Positions 52,555 to 62,397 of a DNA stretch of 64,000 nucleotides are shown piece after piece (positions within the stretch are counted from its first letter, which is position 1; each line of letters begins with the position of its first letter). The translations under genes were made by a program, and so were the position numbers. The notes under the pieces were generated by a model. It was given only the letters and a program-made list of their open reading frames with translations, did not search any database and had not been told where the DNA came from. Source of the DNA: Bdellovibrionales bacterium (GTDB lineage Bacteria; Bdellovibrionota; Bdellovibrionia; Bdellovibrionales; JAUICD01); NCBI GenBank assembly GCA_965203275.1, contig OZ241865.1:192001-256000 (forward strand), given 5' to 3'.

Positions 52555-53286
52555 AGTTAGCAAAGTTAGGCAGGTAAAGCTAAAAAAGAATTTTAGCTTT
52601 ATTTTTTTTAGAGATTTGAGTATCTCTTGATTTGAAATTTTATTTCATGGGTTTTCAGATTTATTATTGCATTGAAAATAATTTTTGATAGATTTTTTTA
52701 GATGCCTTTCTATAGAGTTTTGTGTTTTTTTATTAAGTTGAGGTATTATGATGTTGTTAGTGCTTCTATAACCTGGTGCAAATGATCGTCTTAAGCAATT
52801 ATGTTTTTTGACGAATTTTATAATTTTTATTTTTTCAAGCAATGAGATGTGACGCAAAAGATTTCTTAAAAAAGTGTTGAGTTGAACATCAGAATAATAA
52901 TAGGTGTTTTTTTTCAATTTCAAAACCTGGACCCGTTCTCATAAAATTAAGATCGATCAAGGTATTATTTTTATTCATAAGTACATTTCCATGAAATCCA
53001 TGAAATATAGTTATAGAATATCATCATAAGAATAGAAAGTCCATTCAGAAAGATTCAAATTTTCGCATTTTTTAAGTTTTATTTTAGGTTTTAGGGTTGA
53101 CTTTGGTTGATTATGAGGTTAATATATTACGTATAGGTCTTTTTTGTTGTGGTTTAGAGGTTATGCAAACCTTGGTCTTAATGTAACTTAATGTAAGGAA
53201 TAAACTTAAGATGGCAAAATTATTGGTTTTAAAAAGAAAATTTAGTATATTATTTCTGCGAAACCTAGATATTTTGCACCTCAAGG

Positions 53287-53693
53287 ATTGAAAGGGACTT
53301 ATAAATTTCTACTGTTGTAGATCTTAAAGGATATATTGATGGTCGCTTCTATTGAAAGGGACTTATAAATTTCTACTGTTGTAGATTGAAGATTTTGATT
53401 TAAAAGCTATAAATTGAAAGGGACTTATAAATTTCTACTGTTGTAGATACAAGCCCTGCAAATCTTACTTTATTATTGAAAGGGACTTATAAATTTCTAC
53501 TGTTGTAGATGTTAATGTTGGCTTTGCTCCACAGTTTATTGAAAGGGACTTATAAATTTCTACTGTTGTAGATCCGGTGTTATTGCCTCAAGGGCTGTAT
53601 ATTGAAAGGGACTTATAAATTTCTACTGTTGTAGATAGATATTCTTTTGCATCAATTCTATCATTGAAAGGGACTTATAAATTTCTACTGTTG
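53287..53693 (+). CRISPR. Type V-A CRISPR array: 6 full 36-bp repeats plus 1 truncated repeat, 6 spacers of 26-28 bp
   Basis: ATTGAAAGGGACTTATAAATTTCTACTGTTGTAGAT at 53287, 53351, 53413, 53475, 53538, 53601; 31-bp copy at 53663; AT-rich leader on the left. Confidence 0.98.
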
Positions 53694-53701
53694 ATTCATT
53701 T

Positions 53702-53975
53702 TCACTAAAAATAAACCAGCCTCTGGCTGTTTTTGGGCAATCAGCCCGACGGCTCTCGCCGTCGATCAAAGGCTGATTGCCTCAAAAATCCGTTTATTTT
53801 TAGTAGGAAGAATCCTCTTGTCTCTTTACAAGATGTTATGGAAACAAGATGTTTATTTCACTTTGATATTTTGCCATTGACAAAATGGTCATTGCCTCAA
53901 AAAATTATGCATTTTGAGTAGAGGAGGATCTCTTCGTCTCTTGAATACATGTTAAGGAAAAAAGGTTTCCTTAAC
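53702..53975 (+). repeat. Family A elements abutting the terminal CRISPR repeat
   Basis: CAGCC-TCT-GGCTG, GGCAATCAGCC/GGCTGATTGCC; partial second copy. Confidence 0.85.
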
Positions 53976-54033
53976 AGGTCCGCCTGCTCTTAAGGATCTA
54001 AAAACAATCGGATCGTAATGCATTTGTTAGGTG

Positions 54034-54064
54034 ATTGAAAGGGACTTATAAATTTCTACTGTTG
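54034..54064 (+). CRISPR. Detached truncated CRISPR repeat
   Basis: ATTGAAAGGGACTTATAAATTTCTACTGTTG, same truncation as at 53663. Confidence 0.85.
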
Positions 54065-54107
54065 ATTCATTTTCACTCAAGTTGATGATGATGGTCGGAC
54101 GGCTTTA

Positions 54108-56165
54108 ATGTATGCAAGCCAGAATGGTCATATAGATATTGTAAGGCTTTTAATAGAACAAGATGCTGACGTAAATTATCAAGATAATAATGGAAATACT
54201 CCGGTATCACTGGCCAGGGAAAATGGACATAATGACATTGTAAGAGTTTTGAATGATGCCGGTCCAACTCCGACACCATCTCCAAGTCCAACCCCGGCCC
54301 CGAGTCCAGTTCCAACACCAACTCCAAGTCCAACCCCGGCCCCGAGTCCACTTCCAACACCGAGTCCATCTCCAAGCCCAACACCGAGTCCAACTCCAAG
54401 CCCAACTCCGACACCAGTTCCAACTCCGAGTCCAACTCCTACTCCAAGCCCGACACCAACTCCAAGCCCAACACCGACACCAAATCCTAGTCCAACACCA
54501 GGTCGAACCCCGGCATCATCGATACGCATACCGGATATGGTCGGTCGTATCATAGACAACTGTTGGACAAATCTAAATTTCAATGCCTGTATTTATAGTG
54601 TATCAGGTTCTTTTAACTATGCTGTTAATATAAGAGATAATATAGGCAGTTATCTTGAAAATAGTCATTATAAAATAAAGCCCGCTTATACGTTTTCAGA
54701 TGGAACAACAATGGAACGGGCTACATTAAGAAATGGAAAATGGAGAACTGCCATTCCTTCTTTGTCAACGTTAAGAAATGATTATATAACTGTTAATAAT
54801 GTAAGGGCATATCAACCTATGGTTTATTATTGGTTAATGTATCAAAGAGAATGGATGAAACTAAATGCCGGTGGATGGCATGCAGATAATAAAGGTATAA
54901 TTGTAGAAAGTCCAGGGAACAAAGAAGGTCCCTGTCGTAACTGGGGAGGATGCTGGTCACCGTCAGACAAAACAATAGTCTTAAATGAATCTTACTCTTT
55001 AGAAGTGGATATTATAGCTCACGAAGCAGGTCATGCAAATCTTACTTACGCTAGAGGACAAAGGGCAGGATTCATTCGATCTAAAGACAGTCGTTTTTTT
55101 ATGCGTTGTGGAAGTTTTTTAGGTTGCTTTGCTGCTATTAATGAAGGGCAGGCTGATTTTCATGTATACATGGCTTTTACAGGCGTTTTATCAAATGGAG
55201 ATTTTATATCATGTGACGATGAAATAGCTGTGTCCAGGAGTCCAAAGAACAATAACACCACTGCATCTACCATGTTCCAGGAGAGCAAAGGACAAATACA
55301 CTGCATGGGCGTTGTCTACAATTCTATATGGTATGAAGTTTATACACACCCACAAACAGATCAAGTAAGGATTGCTCAACTATTTCATAATCACTTACCT
55401 TTATTGACTTATTCTGATGATTTTGCTGATGCTGGTTTTAAGATATTAAATCTTTCAAGACAAATGGAATTTTCAAATCAAGTATATCAAATCATTGGTG
55501 ATGCTTTTGTTAAGAGGGGCTTAATGAGAAAGTCTGGCAATATATATATCAAAAATAGCAATACAGCTTTAATTGGTGCAAGTCGGGATGGGCATATTGA
55601 GATGGTAAAAATTTTGATAGCGGAAGGGGTGGACGTCAATCTTCAAGACAAATTTGGCTACACAGCTTTAATGTCGGCTAGTTATAGCGGCCATATAGAG
55701 ATTGTAAAGCTTTTTCTAGTGGCCGGAGCTAACGTCAATGATCAAGAAAAATATGGCTTTACGGCTTTAATGTGGGCAAGCGAATACGGCCATATAGAAG
55801 TTATAAGATTATTGCTAGAGGCCGGAGCTAACGTCAATTTTCGAGTAGAGGCCGGAGACAACACCCGTCTTCAAACAATAAATGGCTATACGGCTTTAAT
55901 GTTGGCAATCGCTAACAGCTATACTGATATTGTAAAGCTATTGCTAGCGGCCGGGGCCAACGTTAATATTCAAGATCAATCCGATTACACGGCTTTAATG
56001 ATGGCAGTTGCTTATAATCAAATTGAGACTGTAAAGTTATTGATAGTGGCCGGAGCGGACGTCAATCTTCAAGGCAATGATGGCTATACGGCTTTAATGA
56101 TTGCTAGAAACCAGGGCCAAAAAGAAATTGTAAGACTATTAAAAGAGGCCGGAGCTACAAAATAA
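54108..56165 (+). CDS. 5'-truncated ankyrin / Pro-Thr-Ser linker / gluzincin-like metallopeptidase / ankyrin fusion
   Basis: Begins mid-ankyrin repeat; (PT/PS)n; IIAHEAGH...AINEGQAD; six C-terminal ankyrin repeats. Confidence 0.8.
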   Translation: MYASQNGHIDIVRLLIEQDADVNYQDNNGNTPVSLARENGHNDIVRVLNDAGPTPTPSPSPTPAPSPVPTPTPSPTPAPSPLPTPSPSPSPTPSPTPSPTPTPVPTPSPTPTPSPTPTPSPTPTPNPSPTPGRTPASSIRIPDMVGRIIDNCWTNLNFNACIYSVSGSFNYAVNIRDNIGSYLENSHYKIKPAYTFSDGTTMERATLRNGKWRTAIPSLSTLRNDYITVNNVRAYQPMVYYWLMYQREWMKLNAGGWHADNKGIIVESPGNKEGPCRNWGGCWSPSDKTIVLNESYSLEVDIIAHEAGHANLTYARGQRAGFIRSKDSRFFMRCGSFLGCFAAINEGQADFHVYMAFTGVLSNGDFISCDDEIAVSRSPKNNNTTASTMFQESKGQIHCMGVVYNSIWYEVYTHPQTDQVRIAQLFHNHLPLLTYSDDFADAGFKILNLSRQMEFSNQVYQIIGDAFVKRGLMRKSGNIYIKNSNTALIGASRDGHIEMVKILIAEGVDVNLQDKFGYTALMSASYSGHIEIVKLFLVAGANVNDQEKYGFTALMWASEYGHIEVIRLLLEAGANVNFRVEAGDNTRLQTINGYTALMLAIANSYTDIVKLLLAAGANVNIQDQSDYTALMMAVAYNQIETVKLLIVAGADVNLQGNDGYTALMIARNQGQKEIVRLLKEAGATK

Positions 56166-56545
56166 TACCAATTCTATTTATCCTTAAGTAAGTCTAAAGC
56201 CCTGTCGATAGTTTATAAAAGAGCAAAAATTAATAAAAAAATAACTTTTTAACGCATCACATTCGAGTTTTATTTCACTACAAATTCTAACGAAATTCAA
56301 AAAATTAAAGCTTGTAAATTCCTCTAACACCTATAAATAAAGCATTCTTAAAAAAGAAAATGCCCAAATTTGCAAATCAACTGTCAAACTCAGGTCAACT
56401 GTCAAATTCAGGATTTAACTTTCACTTAAAATAAAAACTATCAAAGACTTTTAAAAAAATATTTGTTCAGTCAGCTAAGGTTTGTCTTGAAATAAAAAAA
56501 TCACATCAAGAAACTAACTGATTCTTTCTCGTCTTCATGGTTATA

Positions 56546-58267
56546 TTATTGCTCATCTTGAGAATTAGAGAGAAGTTCTTCGATTGTAGTGACTCCAGTG
56601 AGGACTTTTCTGATACCATCTAAGTGAATAGTTCTCATACCACTTTGAATAGCTGCTTTTTTGATAGTGCCTCCATCTTTTCTTTGCAAAATTAATTTGC
56701 GAATCTCATCTGTGACGACCAGACATTCAGAGATCACAGTTCGACCGACATAACCTTTTTGATTGCAGTGATTACAACCAATCGCTTTAAAAGTTTTACT
56801 ACGATTGACAATATCCTGCGTGATTCCTAATGTTGCAATATCTTCTTGTGAAAGTTTGTATTTAACCCTACATTGAGGACAAAGCATACGCACTAACCTC
56901 TGTGCTACAATGCACAGCAAGGAGCTAGAAATTAAAAAAGGTTCACATCCCATATCCATCAATCGAGGGACAGCACCCGCAGAGTCATTTGTGTGAATAG
57001 TCGATAACACAAGGTGTCCTGTGAGCGATGCATTGATAGCAATTTCTGCTGTTTCAAAATCACGAATTTCACCAATCATAATAACATCAGGGTCTTGACG
57101 TAAAATAGCCCTTAAACCGCTAGCAAAAGTCAAACCAATTTTAGAATTAACTTGGATTTGTCCTATCCCATGAATACGATTTTCAACAGGGTCTTCTACA
57201 GTGATGATGTTTCTTTCAACGGAATTAATTTTCATCAAACCTGCGTAAAGGGTTGTGGATTTTCCGCTACCTGTAGGCCCTGTCACTAAAACAATACCAT
57301 GTGTTTTTGATAGCTGTGTTGCTAAAGTTTCGAGAGTATCTTTTGGAAAGCCTAGTTGCTCTAACTCTAATATCACATTAGAGCGATCTTGCAAACGCAT
57401 GACTAATCTTTCACCATGTGCTGTAGGGACTGTATTGAGTCGCACATCAATATCCTTACCTGCAAATTTAAGAGGAATACGTCCATCTTGAGGAAGTCTT
57501 TTTTCTGCAATGTTTAAGTGTCCCATCACTTTGATACGTGAAGTGATAGCATTTTGAAATTTTTTAGGTGGTTTAAAAATATCATACAACACACCATCTA
57601 TGCGAAAGCGAACCACCATGTCTTTTTCATAAGGTTCTATATGAATATCTGATGCCTTTTCTTTGACAGCACGAAAAAGCAAGTTATTGACAAGCCGAAT
57701 AACAGGGGCATCATCATCTCCTGATTCAAGAAGGTCAATGATCGGTTCATCTAAGTCGTATTCTTCTTCATCTATATCATCGAGTCCTTCAAAAGTTGCT
57801 GTACTTTTTTCATAGACTTTATTGACAGCATCTTGGATTTTGGTAGCAGTAGAAACTAAGGGAATGATTTGTTTTCCAAAAAAAGCACGTAGATCATTGA
57901 TAATTTCTAAATTAAATGGATTAGATATCAAAATAGTGACAGTTTGAGTATCTGATTTAAAGGGCAAAACAGCATTGTCTGTTGCATACTTCAGTGGTAA
58001 GTCTCTGACAAGATCTATGGGAATATCATTGATAGGGATATCTTTAATGTAGCTAAGATTTAAATAGCCACAGAGCGTTTCTAAAATAAAGTCAATTAGG
58101 TCTTCTTTTTTGTCTTTTTTCTCTGCCTTGTGTTTTTCTTTCTGTTCTTCAAGGACTTCTCCTAAGTTTTTCCCACTGAGTGTGTTGTAAGATAGTAACC
58201 CTTGAATCTCTGGCCGAGATATTTTAATATGTCTAAATAATAAGCTTTCCATATTTTCACTTGGCAT
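56546..58267 (-). CDS. gspE: Type II secretion ATPase GspE
   Basis: ASDIHIEP, IAEKRLPQDGR, GPTGSGKSTTLY, LRQDPD, CPQC..CNHC; downstream of gspD. Confidence 0.93.
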   Translation of the reverse strand: MPSENMESLLFRHIKISRPEIQGLLSYNTLSGKNLGEVLEEQKEKHKAEKKDKKEDLIDFILETLCGYLNLSYIKDIPINDIPIDLVRDLPLKYATDNAVLPFKSDTQTVTILISNPFNLEIINDLRAFFGKQIIPLVSTATKIQDAVNKVYEKSTATFEGLDDIDEEEYDLDEPIIDLLESGDDDAPVIRLVNNLLFRAVKEKASDIHIEPYEKDMVVRFRIDGVLYDIFKPPKKFQNAITSRIKVMGHLNIAEKRLPQDGRIPLKFAGKDIDVRLNTVPTAHGERLVMRLQDRSNVILELEQLGFPKDTLETLATQLSKTHGIVLVTGPTGSGKSTTLYAGLMKINSVERNIITVEDPVENRIHGIGQIQVNSKIGLTFASGLRAILRQDPDVIMIGEIRDFETAEIAINASLTGHLVLSTIHTNDSAGAVPRLMDMGCEPFLISSSLLCIVAQRLVRMLCPQCRVKYKLSQEDIATLGITQDIVNRSKTFKAIGCNHCNQKGYVGRTVISECLVVTDEIRKLILQRKDGGTIKKAAIQSGMRTIHLDGIRKVLTGVTTIEELLSNSQDEQ

Positions 58268-58339
58268 AAAATTTAATTCCCTCTCTACTCAACAAAGTTA
58301 AAAATGGTTTCAATAATTGAAATGCAATGATTGTACTTA

Positions 58340-61123
58340 TTAAAATTCAAATTTAAATTCACTTTCACCTTCATTATTTTCTTCTTCTTCTGACTTAGTA
58401 TCATCTTCCTCTTGCAGTGTTGCGAAGTCCTCTGTTTCTTCTGGTTCTTCTTGTAACTCTAGAACTTCATTTGTATTTTGATCAATGTTTTCTTCTACTA
58501 GATTGGTATTATTTTCTTCTTCACCTAATGTGATATCGTCTATTTCTGAAAACTGCAAGGCTCCTTCTGTATCTTCATCAGGTATGTTATCTTCTGTAAG
58601 GGTTTCTTCTGTAGATGGAAGTTCGTCTATTTCTGAAGATTGCAAATCTTCTGTTGTATCTTCATCAGGTACAGTATCTTCTATAAGGTCTTCTTCTATA
58701 GATGGAAGTTCTTCTATTTCTGAAGATTGCAGAGCTTCTTCTATATCTTCATCAAGTAGATCATCTTCTATAAGATCTTCTTCTGTAGTTTCTTCTACTG
58801 TAGATGGCAACTCTTCTATTTCTGGAGATTGTAGATCTTCTATGCTATTTTCTAAAAGGTCTTCTGTTGCTACATGACCCCTGGCATTGGATATGCGGAT
58901 TTCCTCTATCTTACGGCCATGGGCATCTCGGCCTCCTACATCCTTGATAAACTGCAATCTCTCTTTAAGTTTAAAGTCTGATAATCTTCGAACATCGGCT
59001 CTTGTTTTAATAATTCGAGGTGTTAAAAAAACTAATAAATTAATTTTGTTAATTGAAACCCGTTTAGATTTAAATAGCCAACCTAAGATCGGAATATCTC
59101 CTAAGATAGGGATCTTACTTGTTGTTGGAGACTCAATATCTCTCATAAGTCCTCCAATGACAATGGTGTCTCCGTTCCGAACAATGACATCTGATTTAAG
59201 GGCTCTTGTGGTAAAAGAAGGGCTAGAAGGACTTTTTGCATTCGGTACAACATCTTTTATAGATTGATCAATTTCAAGACGGACTGTCTCTTGATCAGAA
59301 CTAATCTGTGGAATGATTTTAAGTTTAATATTGGCATCTTCATAGTCGGGTCTAGCTTGTGTAATACCTGCTGTATTGGTTTCAATGCTATTACCAACTG
59401 GTACCCTTTCACCTACTTCAATTTCTGCTTCGGCATTATCAAGAGCTAAAATTTGAGGGGTAGAAAGCACATTGACTTCAGTGACTGTTTTTAAAAAATT
59501 GACAAATCCATTAACCGATCGCACTTCAAAATTACTTGCACTATTGCCTGCAAGTGGATTAGGATTGATCATAACAGGGGAACCTGTTGCAAATCCTAAG
59601 ACCAACCCAGTTGTACCTAATACATTAACAAATTGTTGTAGACCTCCCGGACTGACAAATCCCGCTCGCCCTAGTCCGTTCGTATTAGGTAAAACGCCTA
59701 AAATATTAAATCCATAATTTAATTGATCATTAACAGCCATTTCAAGGATAATAGCTTCTACGAAGACCTGGTCACGGGGAATATCAATTTTAGATAACAA
59801 ATTAAGGATCACTTCATAATCTTGTCGGCCTGCTGCAATGATCAAGCTATTGGTTTGTTCACTGTGTGTGACCTTGATCTCTCCACCTAAAAGTCCAGCT
59901 CCACCTGATGAGCTAGAAGTTTTTGGAGGTGTAAGTCCTGGGCGAAAAGGAGGTCTGCCAGGAATATTAGCTCCCTTATTAGAAGCACCTCCTTTTTTAT
60001 CTTCGGCAATGCCATTAATAGTATTGGCAATATCTTCTGCTTTGCCATGTTTTACGTAGTAGACATAAAGTCCTCCTTCATCTTCAATAGCAAAATCAAG
60101 TTGCTTAACCAACCTGCGAATTTCAACAATGCCCTGTCTATTAGCTAATACAATAATGGAGTTGGTTCTTTCATCAGGTAAAACAAGAGAAAAAGCCGAA
60201 GTAGATTGTTGTCCTTGTTGTCCTTGTCTTCGAAAGCGAGGGATATTGGGGCGACCGCCTCCTTTACTAGGTGTTTCCCCTTTGTTGAGAATTTTTTCTA
60301 TAAGCTCTGCAATATTTTTAGCTCGAGCAAAACGAATGGGTATAACAACCATTTGTTCATTCACACTAGAAGCATCGATTTTTTCTATAACCCTCATAAT
60401 TTTATTAATATTAGAACCAAAATCTGTAATGACAATAGTATCTGTGGGTTCATGGTGTTGCAAAATGGCCTGTGTGGATATCAAACTTCTAAGCAATGTA
60501 TTAGCATCAGAAGCTTTTGTATGTTTCAGTTGAATAAGCCGTGTGATCATTTGATCTGTGTTGGGCGTGTATGAACCAGTGAAAATTTCACTGTTTTTTT
60601 GTGCTATACGTAACTGCACTATTTTTAAAAACTTTCCATCAGATGTAGGTATCACTGTGAGATTATTAATAGCTAGTGCTGATAAAAAAGCCTTGTATGC
60701 TTCTGCAACTGTGATACGAGAGGGGGCAATAATAGTGATTTTGCCTCTTAGGTTTTGGACATCTATGATAAAATTTTTGCCTGTTAGTTTGGAAATACTT
60801 TTAACAACGTCAGAAATATCTGCATTTTGAAAGTCAAAGCTTTCCACAAGGTCTGGAAAGTTTTCATTTGTAATATCTTCTGTATAAGCATCAGCAAAGC
60901 TTTTTTTATTAGGATTTATTTTGTTGATTTGAGAGGTTTTCCCAGATTTGAAAGGTTGTGTAGGTGAGGATGGTGGGAATTTAGGTGGTGGTGGCGGTGG
61001 TGGTGGCATTCCCCCTTCATCGAGAGTTTGAGCATAGAGTGATGTTGTCCTTAGATGATTTAGATAGATCATATTGAAGGGATTAAACAATAAGAGCAAG
61101 ATGAGATATTGAAAATATTTCAT
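58340..61123 (-). CDS. gspD: Type II secretion secretin GspD with acidic repetitive C-tail
   Basis: DFQNADI, DERTNSIIV, QVFVEAII, STPQILALDN, KIPILGDIPILGWLF. Confidence 0.93.
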   Translation of the reverse strand: MKYFQYLILLLLFNPFNMIYLNHLRTTSLYAQTLDEGGMPPPPPPPPKFPPSSPTQPFKSGKTSQINKINPNKKSFADAYTEDITNENFPDLVESFDFQNADISDVVKSISKLTGKNFIIDVQNLRGKITIIAPSRITVAEAYKAFLSALAINNLTVIPTSDGKFLKIVQLRIAQKNSEIFTGSYTPNTDQMITRLIQLKHTKASDANTLLRSLISTQAILQHHEPTDTIVITDFGSNINKIMRVIEKIDASSVNEQMVVIPIRFARAKNIAELIEKILNKGETPSKGGGRPNIPRFRRQGQQGQQSTSAFSLVLPDERTNSIIVLANRQGIVEIRRLVKQLDFAIEDEGGLYVYYVKHGKAEDIANTINGIAEDKKGGASNKGANIPGRPPFRPGLTPPKTSSSSGGAGLLGGEIKVTHSEQTNSLIIAAGRQDYEVILNLLSKIDIPRDQVFVEAIILEMAVNDQLNYGFNILGVLPNTNGLGRAGFVSPGGLQQFVNVLGTTGLVLGFATGSPVMINPNPLAGNSASNFEVRSVNGFVNFLKTVTEVNVLSTPQILALDNAEAEIEVGERVPVGNSIETNTAGITQARPDYEDANIKLKIIPQISSDQETVRLEIDQSIKDVVPNAKSPSSPSFTTRALKSDVIVRNGDTIVIGGLMRDIESPTTSKIPILGDIPILGWLFKSKRVSINKINLLVFLTPRIIKTRADVRRLSDFKLKERLQFIKDVGGRDAHGRKIEEIRISNARGHVATEDLLENSIEDLQSPEIEELPSTVEETTEEDLIEDDLLDEDIEEALQSSEIEELPSIEEDLIEDTVPDEDTTEDLQSSEIDELPSTEETLTEDNIPDEDTEGALQFSEIDDITLGEEENNTNLVEENIDQNTNEVLELQEEPEETEDFATLQEEDDTKSEEEENNEGESEFKFEF

Positions 61124-61191
61124 AAGATTATGATATATTCAAATAGCTCTTCTTACTTTATTATTTTAGTCTAACTAGACTTTTAGTCTAT

Positions 61192-62258
61192 TTCACTCAA
61201 AGTGAACTGACCTCTGGTCACTTTCTGGTTGCCAGCCGAAGGCTATCGCCTTCTCAAATGCTGGCAACCTAGAAAGCCTGTTCACTTTGAGTAAGGAGGA
61301 TCCCTTCATTTTTTTACTTCATGTTAAGGAAACAAGATGTTTGTCTCACTTTAAATGCATCATGCCTCTGGCATGTTTTTGGGCAATGACCGCAAAGGCT
61401 TACGCCTTTGGCAAAATGGTCATTGCCTCAAAAATCTATGCATTTTGAGTAGGGAGGATCTCTTCGTTTTTTAACACCATGTTAAGGAGTTGGTTCACTA
61501 AAAGTAAACCAACCTCTGGTTGCTTTTGGGCGATGACCACGACGACTGTCGTCGTCGATAAAATGGTCATCACCTCAAAAGTCCGTTTACTTTTAGTAGG
61601 AAAGATCTCTTCGTCTCTTAACATGGTGTCAGAAGCAAGGAGATCCGCTCTACTCAAAATGAGCAGATTTTTGAGGCATTGCTCTTTTTAGACAGCGATA
61701 GCTGTCAGAGCAATGTCCAAAAACACACCAGAGGTGTGGCTCATTTTGAGTGAAATGTTAAGGAAAAAGGTCCTTTATTGCATTGAGCTTGCTTTCCAAA
61801 AACATTTTAGAGGCATATCTTGTTTCCTTAACATGGTGTCAGAAGCAAGGAGATCCGCTCTACTCAAAATGAGCAGATTTTTGAGGCATTGCTCTTTTTA
61901 GACAGCGATAGCTGTCAGAGCAATGTCCAAAAACACACCAGAGGTGTGGCTCATTTTGAGTGAAATGTTAAGGAAACAAAGCATTTGTTTTTTTGTTTTT
62001 TTATTCTTTTTAGATTCTGCGTAACCTCAAACAAGAAGTAATTAGATGGAGGATGGGGCAGTGGGAGCCTGAAGATCTTCCGCAAATTGAGCTTGCTTCC
62101 CCAAAGCAAGCTCAATTGAGGACTTCGGAAGGCTCACACTGCCCTATCCTCAAATAAAAATAAAATGGAAAAGCAGAATCAAGGGTGGAGGGTGGGGTTA
62201 GGGATAATCCTTTTGTTGCCGGGTTGCCGGATCCTGGATCCCATATCCCGGATCCCAG
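61192..62258. repeat. Mosaic cluster of about five family A elements (two in a tandem duplication), one family B element (about 61985-62203) and a GATCC motif
   Basis: Variants TGACC/CATGCC/CAACC/CACACC-TCT side hairpins; 61619-61776 duplicated at 61828-61976. Confidence 0.88.
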
Positions 62259-62397
62259 AAAAAGCATCCTTATAGTATTCGAGTTTTCACTTTTCTCAAA
62301 CTTTTACTATTCATATCATGTGGTCAAAAGGCTTTATAGGTATAGTCAAATGATCACCTTACTTTTCAAATCAAGATTTCTCAAATCAAGAGCAATA

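Noticed and set aside
52645..52923. 92-aa minus-strand ORF between cas2 and the array; also considered as a tracrRNA site
   Set aside because: AT-rich leader region with no RBS or recognisable motif; no anti-repeat seen, and Cas12a-type systems do not need tracrRNA
53449..53474. Spacer 3 self-match near 21815 (TTTGCAGGGCT)
   Set aside because: Only about 11 nt match, expected by chance
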